From Candidatus Kapaibacterium sp. (GTDB lineage: Bacteria; Bacteroidota; Ignavibacteria; Kapaibacteriales; UBA2268): a DNA stretch of 64,000 nt. The stretch covers positions 1,088,001 through 1,152,000 of the forward strand of contig OY762428.1 in the NCBI GenBank assembly GCA_963665665.1. Direction: 5' to 3'. The first letter of the stretch is position 1, and every line of letters begins with the position of its first letter. The position numbers and the translations under genes are program-made. The notes under the pieces were generated by a model. The model saw only the letters and a program-made list of their open reading frames with translations, was not told where the DNA came from and ran no database searches. This document shows, in pieces, positions 13,301-22,200 of the stretch.

Positions 13301-15689
13301 GGATTGAAGAATAAAGGCCTTTAAGGTTTGTCTCTGCAGCATTGTAGAGATAAACAGGGCCTTCAAACTCTGTACCAGTAGCAACGGAAGGACAAGCACC
13401 AGTATAATCTGTCCACCATGGGGCAAATGTATATTGGTAATCACTTACGTCAGAGTCATCATAAATTAATGAACCCTGGCTGCTTGTATTAAATACGTTT
13501 TCCGGGTGAGTCGGGCCGTATTTGCCAGTACCCCAGAAGTTGTATCTGATATCAAGAGCATTGCTGCCATCAGCATTATAAACTGCATAATCAGGTCCGG
13601 CTGAGGAATAATTGCTGAAGTCATGATAGTAAACTTCAATTCCATTAGCAGAACCAACATAAACACCGATTGCAGCATCACTGATATTATTACTGTAGAT
13701 CTCAACATTTGTAAATGTTGATGTTCCCGCAGCAATCGCAGCAGCAAATGAATCGTCATTAATGTTATTACACTGAACAAGAACATCATTAACATAATCG
13801 TAAGATGATCCTGAATATTCCACACCAATGTGAATTGCTGACGGCTCGTATGATCCAACAACAACACCAGAATAATCAGTATAGAATGTGTTTCCTGTTA
13901 CTTCAACTTCTGACCTTTCAACGATAACACCATTGAGCATACTATTTGAGATCAGTGGCATACCGAACATATTGTCAAAAATCTGTACAGGGTCACCAGT
14001 GAAGCTAGTTGAACCATTGTCAAACATCCTTATACCGAAATAACCGTCATCTGTTGTTTCTAACTGACTTTCTTCAGTAAGGAACCAGTTATCATGAATA
14101 TCCAGGCCGCCAATTCCGTCTTCGCTGCCAAGATAATCATTTACGATACCGATAGATGTTGTTCCAGATGCTTCTGTAAGAGGAACATAGAATTTATTAT
14201 TCTCAATTTCAGCATCAGCTGACTCAGTAATACCGAGAATATAAGCTGCTTCCGAAGCAGGAGTAATATCCGTTTTAAAAGAGAAACCATGGATATAAAC
14301 ATCGCCGTTAATGGCATATACTTCGTGCTGAGGATTATGTTCTGAGAAAGTAGTAGCAGATGCTGTAACTATATCGTCGCAAATGATAACATGACTGTCA
14401 GGCGAGTTTGTATTTGCACCTGTCGGGTCATCATGAGCGAAAAGTTCGATACTAACAGGAATGTCGAGACATTCTTCATAAGTACCGTCTGATACCATAA
14501 CGCGTTCGTTATTGTCGGCATCATCAATAGCATCCTGAATGTCGTAACGAATAAAGCGGGCTGAGCCGGCATCTGTACGTGAATCTGTAATTTCATCACC
14601 AGATGTTAAAGCAGCAGCAGAGTGGAGTACACTTCCGCCAAAATCATTACTATTGTTCCACCAGATATCATAAAGCATTATACCTGCAAAGTCCTGGTCG
14701 GCCTTTACAATGATATCGTTGGGTATATCAAACATGTTGTTATTTACATATACATCATTGTTTGATTCGTCAATGTTCAGACATGAGAGGTACATACCAA
14801 AGTTAGCTGTACTTGAAGTTGCAGAAGTTTCAAAAGTATTTTCTGAAATTTCTACAGCACCTTCAAGGTTCCAGATAGCTATAGCATAACCTTCTGTTTC
14901 TGCGCTGTTAGGTGTGTCACCGCAATCAGTAATTGTATTATACTGAATATAGGTACCTTCGGCATTAACATCAAATGTTGTACTACCTATTTGGATACCA
15001 TTTGTAACACAGTTAGTGATAGTATTACTACCACCGCTAGTACCAATCGTATTCAGGTCAATGCTGTTTGAAGCATTTGTTGAAACGATAATAATACCAA
15101 CACCACCGTGTGAATTGACTTTAGGATTGTCCTGCAAGTCAATTGATGTGTTTGTCACGGTCGCATCGCTGGTATTAGAAAGGTACATACCCCAGGTACA
15201 GTTCTCAATCGTTAGATTGTTAAAAACATGCCCTGCGGATTGGTTAATTGAGACAATGGCTGCGCCACCGTCATTAATAAAATCGCTACCGTTGGTTTGA
15301 GCAACGTAATCCTGAATAGTAAAGTTCTGGATAGTGACGTTATCCGCCGCTATATAAAAACCGACAGCTCTACTGCCGCCTCCCAGTCCTGTACCATCCA
15401 AGGTCGGGTAAGGGTCGCCATTATTTGCAGGAAGCCCTACAATAGTCAGGTTATTCTTACCAGCGCCAACATCAACACTTTCGTTATAAGTGCCGGTTAC
15501 GACGTTGATTACGTCTCCACCATCGGCAACGTTAACTGCATTTTGGATAGTCAGCTTCGCATTGAGTAATGTCAAACCATCATTGGCATCATTACCGGTG
15601 GGCGAAACATAATAACCCGTTGCAGTCATGGCATACGTACTCAGGACGAAAGCCGCCAGGAGTACGAAAAGTCTACCAAAACGTTGCAT
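4305..15689 (-). CDS. Giant T9SS-secreted surface protein: tandem beta-helix modules, Ig-like/FN3 repeats, type A C-terminal sorting domain
   Basis: Signal peptide; six SIQ.AID.A..G..I.V..GTY.E-type caps; N(F/W)W...GP module ends; C-terminus P.PATD...VLDLSGRKV...SGTYILNI...KKFII typical of a T9SS CTD. Confidence 0.9.
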   Translation of the reverse strand: MQRFGRLFVLLAAFVLSTYAMTATGYYVSPTGNDANDGLTLLNAKLTIQNAVNVADGGDVINVVTGTYNESVDVGAGKNNLTIVGLPANNGDPYPTLDGTGLGGGSRAVGFYIAADNVTIQNFTIQDYVAQTNGSDFINDGGAAIVSINQSAGHVFNNLTIENCTWGMYLSNTSDATVTNTSIDLQDNPKVNSHGGVGIIIVSTNASNSIDLNTIGTSGGSNTITNCVTNGIQIGSTTFDVNAEGTYIQYNTITDCGDTPNSAETEGYAIAIWNLEGAVEISENTFETSATSSTANFGMYLSCLNIDESNNDVYVNNNMFDIPNDIIVKADQDFAGIMLYDIWWNNSNDFGGSVLHSAAALTSGDEITDSRTDAGSARFIRYDIQDAIDDADNNERVMVSDGTYEECLDIPVSIELFAHDDPTGANTNSPDSHVIICDDIVTASATTFSEHNPQHEVYAINGDVYIHGFSFKTDITPASEAAYILGITESADAEIENNKFYVPLTEASGTTSIGIVNDYLGSEDGIGGLDIHDNWFLTEESQLETTDDGYFGIRMFDNGSTSFTGDPVQIFDNMFGMPLISNSMLNGVIVERSEVEVTGNTFYTDYSGVVVGSYEPSAIHIGVEYSGSSYDYVNDVLVQCNNINDDSFAAAIAAGTSTFTNVEIYSNNISDAAIGVYVGSANGIEVYYHDFSNYSSAGPDYAVYNADGSNALDIRYNFWGTGKYGPTHPENVFNTSSQGSLIYDDSDVSDYQYTFAPWWTDYTGACPSVATGTEFEGPVYLYNAAETNLKGLYSSIQLAVDAAATGDHIIVKEGTYSESVTVDEEVYLRGKKPVTGTTGIPSGTADAWTGGTAGTGSGPIVAGDGTGTLFFFAADNVSMRGFNLDMTATGVTAGVQFTGSLNNSRIEYCSFDLDGTDAGVDVSDGNGVNYLDVNWNTFTTASSTTWFQITPTSTTTSNVTLSNNDVDGNNNAYFGLGAGIAGVTVNNNDIADGGFVFADPSATFTGRTFSGIYFHHNTFQNGSTNDPALYIMQDVLGGTDIADFDNEFKFLYNIVLDTDASPAVGFESASISLNGGNDLEARWNFWASANGPAVKHDGNYGYVELEGNQFEYPTQGAEVTPGVEFVRWFTTNALTTLYAPIWNNDSPVDYFANLDDALAGTDAANIVYFDDGDFAFVTSSTITQSVKLQGKGYSATTVLDGQYKNSGQTPGAPWVQGDYNEPMIFVAADNVTIDGFKIDLGNDANDFDGAVWTDAGALRTTVYIQDSWLLYAAGFDGTDREKLVSFPWAADARVLNSLLETAGTDIGGAFSVASGSVTNLYITDNTFKPYTTAEGGVNQSGYGSVLGCVQDGLGTFLGGITNAEISGNSASYSGSIDLGFGDINSDNIVITCNTFEYTNGAIDVFTTDASATLTDLTITQNIFSNYTAVPILFRADDNTIQDDVNINFNSFTDETSAAIYVAANAYGGTAGIDATDNYYDSQYGPENALNTYVGSSTADQGAAITDVSGSLTFVPFWTEVSGLVCNLTGTSYAPIIRATDEDPATATILEYYSSIQAAIDDASAGQFIWVKNGTYQEDNIDAHVADVCVVGKKADGLTSAYDATTPGYIGGPTIIPTSSPSELFTITADNVSLRGLRMIPSMAGPTVPAVEIRNISISNFAADHNTILQNPAVGVAVTSASITGTLLDYNVFTGTMGYALLVEESEANNTEFSNNDVENSLLLFGINDDDLSVVDINNNDFNASELIYYGSSTGTGTLASASITNNNFENTSEVNIGYLGLLSDANVATDWSTDMILYHNSFTSDCSVSYSITGTSSSLTAECNWWGSANGPDHADNTKMGTLGATVSDGVDYLPWLNDGTDVYPSQVGFQTVASCVGANVYVATTADMLTTADIVDYYASIQTAIDDANDGEFIWVTNGSYLENVTPATGEGHGWVNDGDTYINGNIDLSISNTSSASVTLYDEFYATGNMPIGGTAHMFLGDNDMNVGGTITNVGVCNSFVVTNGTGSLVAENVDQYDLVLLPIGVGGEYLPIEFRANSTNFLTGSKYAARVNATNPADEFSKGDDTYATDHTYYLGAYDPTGTIYPESTDLDLELRFGLTCNSTAGTNFDAAWSYAARWDEELDPDAWTDYGSGSNHTTDLLQVSGVDHLQTAWGIFSGTSAFALNDEPTPAQIIIFRKPANPDSELKFRWTNGDGTGVLVGAIQASSMPTDGSEYPVDGQEYPTLTDNGTVGWAETSNVTRTSGKLIYKNDNVTTRTEELVLTGLNAGTEYTIGVFSFNGSSNQTNYFTNIDGTPDLARRNSRSYWTWPLGSMTVASGTPACATPTTSADVCAVVCYDGDLDLVFDIDGGQNGANSEVRYSNGQTTDRVTGILSFPYTYTVNNIITTNLYTLISMRDNRGKACVIDPQNDEVEVQVNVPPTVTILTADQDVCENDNFTVTADVTGNPTPTNPVWSWTTDGGTSWAVVSTDAGNAFGTSTGSATVTGNNLVIDSPVHALDGMELMVTYSNVSGCGAATVSSSNSITINIDQAPNANGTWATTRTAFCESEVIELEFTADGAAYGTRQWQWNDGSTWINVGGDFTVSGTSASITSNQISYSSASFRIVYSNGVCTDANTTVYGPISVSDAPNLSNITEEPAGAVCIGDDKVLWITYDNISGMNNPKLWETDGSSVTEVTSGSFSLAGNSASWTVTAQDGFQYWATASNGACSETTTTVTLTASPIPTITTIEGFGDNNDDYDNEIDVCDDGTATFSTNVADATSITWYVDFLNDAQSYIAIPLSGSFEGTTVTARAANSSTLTLSNVPYSRTNPGDPDWKNAIIKIVASNGTCASEVISQMIMYDAPIFWHVTGDIQDNTTKTICIGGDLEYSALAYSQACGPVVPTWWTNANASRSWTQVTTGSYGSGDYAATISIPALAPNTIEITGVSGGWDGAEVEARFVCGPCGAVSSPASTITVDLPPAAPAAVAVAAHDTYPATRITADWADVTDADDYTVQVFTSADVQVGSDVVVTPSSWTASDCALDPNMTYYVKVRANSTCGSSSFTSSPTITTTEPTVTFVSQSGTDFGYIEEMTESSTSYSVLYTFSELDYPIQVSVADNDGNDNFRVREDAADAWASTITLTDESGTFWVQYYPQGEHLNHSGTITVQENATCYAGDSFTVEFTGAAYISEPAQDCEINFTSNASTSFTFTFQEYGTVNGGHIVVLMEGYSLPAFTWTPSDFTDYADNNGSWSSATEVASGFRVVDVIPDTDGSNTTHTVTVTGLESDKNYVAHVFAYNQGSGPKNYNTSDCSQNPWTIYQLRFLAAYMPAEVELSHDTFDELGVERTDRLGNPITDGTVNITLTPVDAGTLADAIYDDGTYAGAVANNTGNIGGGSSSVTFASFEWDSYPNYERYYQYMGDGRAYNKIKASATGYLSGYTENSGTDDGFVLRATEPYRQARRIQVIDDACVGGEGMVQLSWSNGRNGNARVVVMRENNYPSLPVDGEYYNVGSGNINFTTNTVVVPEGGTDGSKAIANGDVDESGEISGLNDDTYYYAKVTEYRYNGHHGVAAPTTNYIDDLGTGNPLSIEIPDCRITAGGMYVELDQFTAKSYNANAYLDFNTTFEQGIVGFELYRADVTNTSWDAVDFDYVKVGSFTSDAGLVAIGGVDNRYSFVDDDVNLRVGDEYLYKLVAVGIDGREFLLAHRDVIILSRENEEAGLFVSNLMPVPATDHLTFTLELQSSQNVTVNVLDLSGRKVLGALNGSYYSAGAHDIKINLDNVVSGTYILNIRAGEDQIIKKFIIAR

Positions 15690-16078
15690 AATAAGACCTT
15701 AGATTATTAATGGAACAAAAAATTAATTTGAAATTTGTAAAATATCTATTCAAAAATTCATTATACATTTAATTGTAAAATCCCTGATATTTATTTAACT
15801 ATTAATATTTTCAATCATTTATTTTAACATCTCTTTTGGTTTTTAAATCCCCCGTCGGTGTACATCCTAATTTACGCTGTTACACAAAATACAAACAAAT
15901 ATAAAAAAGAAAAATATGCCAAGCAAAATATTTTTAACCATTCTTAATAAATATTAATTCAGACTAACCCTCTTATAAGTAGGATTAATCGTTGTTTTCA
16001 ATTTTTGTGTAATTTACCTGACAGTTTCAATCTCCTGAATTACTTTTTCCTATTAATTTACCTGTAAAATAATTTAAT

Positions 16079-16094
16079 TACAATTTCCATGCCA
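16079..16094 (-). promoter_or_regulatory. Possible variant sigma54 -24/-12 promoter for the 3794-aa gene
   Basis: Minus strand TGGCATGGAAATTGTA; GG-N10-GT spacing correct but -12 is GT rather than GC. Confidence 0.35.
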
Positions 16095-16183
16095 CAGTAA
16101 TATTACTTAATTTTAATTATTTCAATTAAGTATTAGTACAAATCTAATTTATTTTTTTGTTCTTTTCAATAAGACTTTTCCAC

Positions 16184-16214
16184 AAAAAAAAAGCGCCCCC
16201 TGTCAGGGACGCTT
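16184..16214 (-). terminator. Intrinsic terminator of the 3118-aa fibre gene
   Basis: Minus strand AAAGCGTCCC-TGACAG-GGGGCGCTTT followed by a U-run. Confidence 0.8.
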
Positions 16215-16238
16215 TATATTTTCGTCAATAATGTTTAA

Positions 16239-19200
16239 TTATTGAATTCTATGCCATACAAGGTTTGCATCAACAACAAACATTGCAGCATCACCAGGAT
16301 TTAATACTGTTGAATCAGCATCATCAAGTGTAAGAACTGCTGTTGCATTGCTGTTAATTACATAAAGAACCTGTCCTTCTTCTGAGTAACCGCCATCAGG
16401 TAGTGTAATATTTGTAGTGCCAAGATTAGCAGTAACATCAATTACAGTTGCCCAACCCAGATTTGTCCAGTTTGTTGAAAATGTCATTGCTGTAGCAGCA
16501 GCGGCATCAAGTTCAAAGTAGGAAAGAACTAATTTACCATAGGACATATGGAGTGTTGTTGCATTTGAATTTGTAGGTTCGTTTATGTTAGAATTAATAG
16601 TAGGATTACCTTCTGCAAGGATTGCTTCCCTTATATTAGCATAAGATGATACTTTAAGAGTACCATGGTTTACTTCAAGGTCGCCTCTTTCAATTACAAG
16701 TGCTTTACCAGTTTGATCAGATCCATTTGTATATTCATTACGAATAACAACTGTAGGATCTCCCGTAGGATCTGAAGTGTTAGTTGCAATAAGTGATGTT
16801 TCATCTGCTGTGGAGTTAGCAAATGTACCTGTGTGGCTGAATGTAAAGTCACCGTCGATTGCAATACCAGTGTTCCTTGTAAGAACTTCATAACCGTCAT
16901 AGTAGAGGTCTGATGAATATGTTCCGGAAGGAGCTGTGATAGAACCGTCGCTGGATACAACGATCTGATCAACGCCACCGGCCTGTACGCGAAGTGCACT
17001 TCCGATAACAACATCACCATCTGTCTGGATAGCTACGTCTGTTGCTGCACCTGTTGTGTTATTAACTCTTAATACAGGACTTGTTCCTGTTGCAGCATCA
17101 ATTCTAACGGTTCCGTCAACATCAACTACATCAAGGTTTGTTGTTCCGTCAACATCAAGATCACCGTTAATGTCAACATCATCTGTAACATTAAGGTCAT
17201 TGTTAACATTAATCGTATTGCCAACATATAGGTTATCTGTAACTGTTCCGGAAGAACCTACGATAAGTGTGCCTGAAACAGTCTGGTTTGTTACTTCAAG
17301 ATCATTTCCAACAAATACATCAGAGAATGAAGCATCTGCAGGAGTTGTAGCACCGATAGTAACATCATCCATTGTACCGCCATCAATATTTACATTAACA
17401 GCTGTGAAAGCAGTGTTAGCTTCAAGTGTTGTGAAGTAACCTGTTGCGCGTGTAGTATTACCAATGATTGTAGCATCGATATTACCACCATTTACGTCAA
17501 CGTCTGCAAATGTCTGTTCTGCAACCCAGCTGTTAGCATTGTTCATGTTAAGAGTAAGGCTGTTACTGTTTTCTGTAAGAGTACCGTCATACATAAGGTC
17601 AATCGGGTTAGCGGCTGTACCTGTACCTGTAATCGGGTGATCTGTTACAACTTCAGCATCGATACGAACTGTAGTACCAGTGTTAGTAGTAGTAATGTTT
17701 GTACCGCCTTCGAATGTGATAGCATGTGCAGCGTCTGTAAGATCAAATGCAGCACCTGCATCAGCACTTACAGAAGCGAATACTGTAGCATCAGCGATTT
17801 CAGTTGTACCAACAACGCCAGCATTAATATCAAGGTTAAGATCATCTGAATCTGTGCCTGTAATATTAATATCAGATGTAGTACCGTTATCATTAACAAG
17901 TACGTTAACGTTAGCAGCTGCTGTTAAGCGGCCATCTGCATCAACTGTAAATGTTGCAACTTCTGTAGCTGAACCATAAGAATCAGCAGAAACTGTTGTA
18001 GCAATAAGCTCATCAGCGCCAACTGAATTGTCAGCCATGTTGCGAAGCTCAACTGCGTTATCCTGGATCATACCATTTTCAATTGCAAGAGGCTGAATTG
18101 TGAAGCCAGCTGCATAGCTGCCGTCAATATCATTTACGATTGCAGGTGTATCATTGAATGTTACAACGTCAATACCATTTTCTGTAATGTCGCCGTTTAC
18201 TTCAAGGTCGCCAGTGAAAGTACCGCTGCCATTTACAACAACAGGGCCTGTAGCTGTGATAGCGTTTCCGCCAAGAGCTGATTCTACAACAAGTCCGTCA
18301 TAAACTGTTGCGCCGCCAGCTATTTCAGCGCCATTATCAACTGCAAGGAAGTTATGTATATCAACTCTTCCTGTGAAGTCACCTGTACCTGTTACAGTCA
18401 GATCACCATCAATATCAACATCGCCTGTAATGTCAGCACCGTCAGCGTTAACAAGAAGGCCACCGCTAACTATTTCAACACCCTGGTTAACCCAGAGGTC
18501 TTCATTAATTTCAACAAATCCGCCAAATACTGCTTCGCCAGTTGTAAAATCAATATAACCGTTAACGCCGTCCCATGTAAGGCCTGTGCCTGTTAATGTT
18601 GCGTTAGCACCTGCAGGATCGCCAACAAATAAGCCATTTGTGAAGTTCTGGATGTCTATCCATGTGTTTTCATGGTTCATGTTAAGTGAAAGGCTATTGC
18701 TGTTCTCTGTGAGAGAAGCATCATACCAGAGATCAATAGGATTGCCGGGTGTACCGTCGCCTACGATCGGGAAGTCAGTAATAACATCAGCTGAAATAAC
18801 TACTTCATTTGAGGCAGTTGCTTCGATATGAACGTTAGCATTACCTTCAACAAATGAGAATGTTCTGTTACCATTTGTAACATCAAATCCAGGACCGTTA
18901 TCGGCTGTTACTTCTGCGAAGATAGTTGCGCCGTTAATATCATCATTAACGATTGAACCGTCAACGATTTCTGTTGATCCAACAGTACTTGGATTAATAT
19001 CAAGTGTTAAGTCATCAGAATCTGTACCGCTGATTGCGATATCAGAAGCAGCATTATCGTCAACAAGAATATTAATGTTAGCTGCTGCTGTTAATCGGCC
19101 ATCTTCGTCTACAGTAAATGTTGCAACTTCTGTAGCAGAACCATAAGAATCAGCAGCAACTGCTGTTGCTATGAGTTCGTCCGGTCCAACAGAATTGTCA

Positions 19201-22200
19201 GCCATGTTGCGAAGTTCAACTGCGTCATCAGCAATGTAATCATTGATAACGCCATTGTCTTCAATACCAACTGTTGCATTAGTAGCAGGTGTAAGGTCTA
19301 CATTGATACCTCTGATACCTTCAATGCCTTTGCTGTTTGTAAGAGCACCTGGAGTATCCCATACTATAAATGGTTCGTCAATGTCAGCTTTGAGAGCAAG
19401 GCCGTCATCAACATAACCTTTTGTTGTTAATGTTGTACGTCCGTCTGCTGCATCTGTTTCATCTGAATAACCTTTTCCATCAAGATAAAGGTCTGCATGT
19501 CCGGTAATATCACCAGCTGCTTCAATGAAGTCATTAACTTCCAGACCTAATTCAACATAACCCTGGCCCCAGAACCAGAAGTCACCAAAGACACCATCAA
19601 TTTCAACCATTTCAACACCACCGTCATACATTGTAAGACCTTCAGATGAACCAAGGTATCCAGTCTGACCAATAGTAATTTCTGCACCACCCGGGAATGT
19701 AATATCATTGAAATTCTGATTTACTGCCCAGTTATTTACATGTGTCATGTTAAGAGTAAGGCTGCTGCTGTTAAGCGCGAGAGCTTCGTCGTAAGCAAGA
19801 GTAATTTCATCGCCAGGAATGCCTGAACCTACAACAGGATCAGCAGTCTGTACGAGAGCTGAAATTTCTACCTGGTTGCCAGGAAGAACTTCAATGCTTA
19901 CGTTAGGATTACCTTCAACAAAGTTGATTGCATTGTTAGTGTTTGTAACGTCGAATGAATCCATATCAGGATCAACAACTGTTGCAAATACAGCGTCGTC
20001 ATGAATATCGCCATTTACGATAGTACCATCAAGAATCTTAGCTGATGTTACAGCGTCAGGCTGAATTTCAAAACCGTTTGTATAATCACCGTCAATATCA
20101 AGTACTGTTAACGGGTTCATATCAACGTCTACAACATCAATACCATTGTGCTGAAGTGCACCGGCAAAGTTATAGTCCTGTGTAAGATCAACGTCTTCAG
20201 GAAGAATTGTACCGTTATCAATTTTATCAGTAGTTACAGCATTTGCTGCAAGTTTGTCATTATCAACTGCAAGATCAGCAATTTTTTCTGTTATAACAGC
20301 GCCATTAGCGATTTTTGTTGTTGTAACAGCTAAATTATCAATTTTGCCTGTTGTTACTGCAAGATTATTAATCTTACCTGTTGTTACTGCAAGGTCATCA
20401 ATTTTAGCAGTTGTTACACCAAGGTCAGTGATACCAACTGTAGCATTACCTGCAGCTGCAAGGTCAACTGTGATACCTTCCACGCCTGCAACGCCTTTGC
20501 TGTTTGTCAGGTTTGTAGGAGTATCCCATACAAGGTAAGGCTCGTCTTCAAGAAGGTCGATATGATCTTCTACCCAGCCTTTTGTAACCATAGTATTAAT
20601 AGGATCAGCATCAACTGTTACGTCTGAATAGCCTTTTCCTGTTATGTTAAGGTCGCCCATGATATCAACGTTTGCATCAAATTCTGCATCGCCGTCAACA
20701 TCAAATGTACCGTCAACCCAAACGTTTCCAACAACATTCAAATTCTGTGAGAATGTTGAGCTTTCATCAACAAGAAGAGCACCGTGGATTGTTACATCAT
20801 CACTGATTTCCATCGGAGCGTCAGGAGCTACCGGAGGAGTAAGTGTTACGTGGAGTCCGTTAGGATCACCAACGATTACTTCTTCCATACCAAGAATTGT
20901 TGTAGCGCCGATTGTTGAGTTTGCCCAGATATCGCCATAAGTTTTGATAGCTGTTTTCATTGCAGCAGCATTTGTGTTGCGTACAACGAGAACTGCATTG
21001 TCAGCGTCTGTAGGATCAAGGATACCAGTTACATTTTCACTGTTACCTTCGATATACATTGCACGGCCTTCATTTCCGCCGCCTCTGATTACTTCAGCTA
21101 CGTATTCGTCAACTGCAGGATTAGACATTGCATAGAGTGCCTGGCCTGTTTCAGCTATACCAACGATAGCATCGGCTGTACCGTCTGCATCGCCATATAC
21201 TGCTGCTGCATCATCGTCACCGGCTGTAGCTTCAAGATAGAAAGCACCGGCTGCGTGCATACCTGTTGTATTATTAATTACTGTATGTTCAACAACGAGA
21301 GCAGCTGAGCTGTGTCCGTCGTCGCCATCAACATCCATATCAATATAAGCGCCAATTGCATTGTCTTCAAGAGTTGTTACATCAACGTCTACATGAAGAG
21401 CACCTTCGCCAAGCTGTCCGTCAGTTGTTCTGTTGATATCAACTGTAGGAACACCATTACCACCACCGGAAGCAACGATAGCTGAACCGGCTGTTGTAAG
21501 GTTAGAAGGAACTTCAGCAACGATAGCGTCGCCATTGTTAGTCATTGTTACTGTAAGACCATCGCCATTTGCGGCTGAAGAGTTTGTCAGGTCAACTACA
21601 TTGCCTGTACCGGCAGTTTTGTTGAGAGCAAACATTGTCTGGTCTTCATCATTATCTTTAGTTACCGGAACTGTGAAATCATCAATTGCCCAGTCAGCGT
21701 ATCCGTCACCACCGTCATTGTTCCATTTAAGAACATATTCGAATGTAGGATCAACTGCAGGTGCTGTACCTGTATAAACCCAGGCTGTTCCATTCCAGTA
21801 AGCCATCTGGCCAAGAGTATTAGCATCAGCAAACTTATCAAGAGTTACTGCGCCATCTTCAATTTTATCTGTTGTTACTGCATCGTCAGCAAGGTCATCT
21901 TCCATAACCTGGCCGTCAGCAATTTTCTCTGTTGTTACTGCATCATCAGCAAGTTTGCCATTTGTAACTGCAAGGTCAGCAATTTTTGCTGTTGTTACAT
22001 TAAGGTTAGCAATCTTATCTGTTGTTACATTACCGTCAGCAATTTTTACTGTTGTTACATTGCCGTCAGCAATTTTTTCTGTAATAACTGCTGCATCAGC
22101 AATTTTCTCTGTAGTAACGTTAAGATCAGCAATTTTAACTGTTGTTACTGCATCATTGTCAATCTTAGGTGTTGTCACTGCAAGGTCAGCGATTTTATCT

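Noticed and set aside
15903-15921. TGGCAT as another sigma54 promoter
   Set aside because: No GC or GT at the -12 position.
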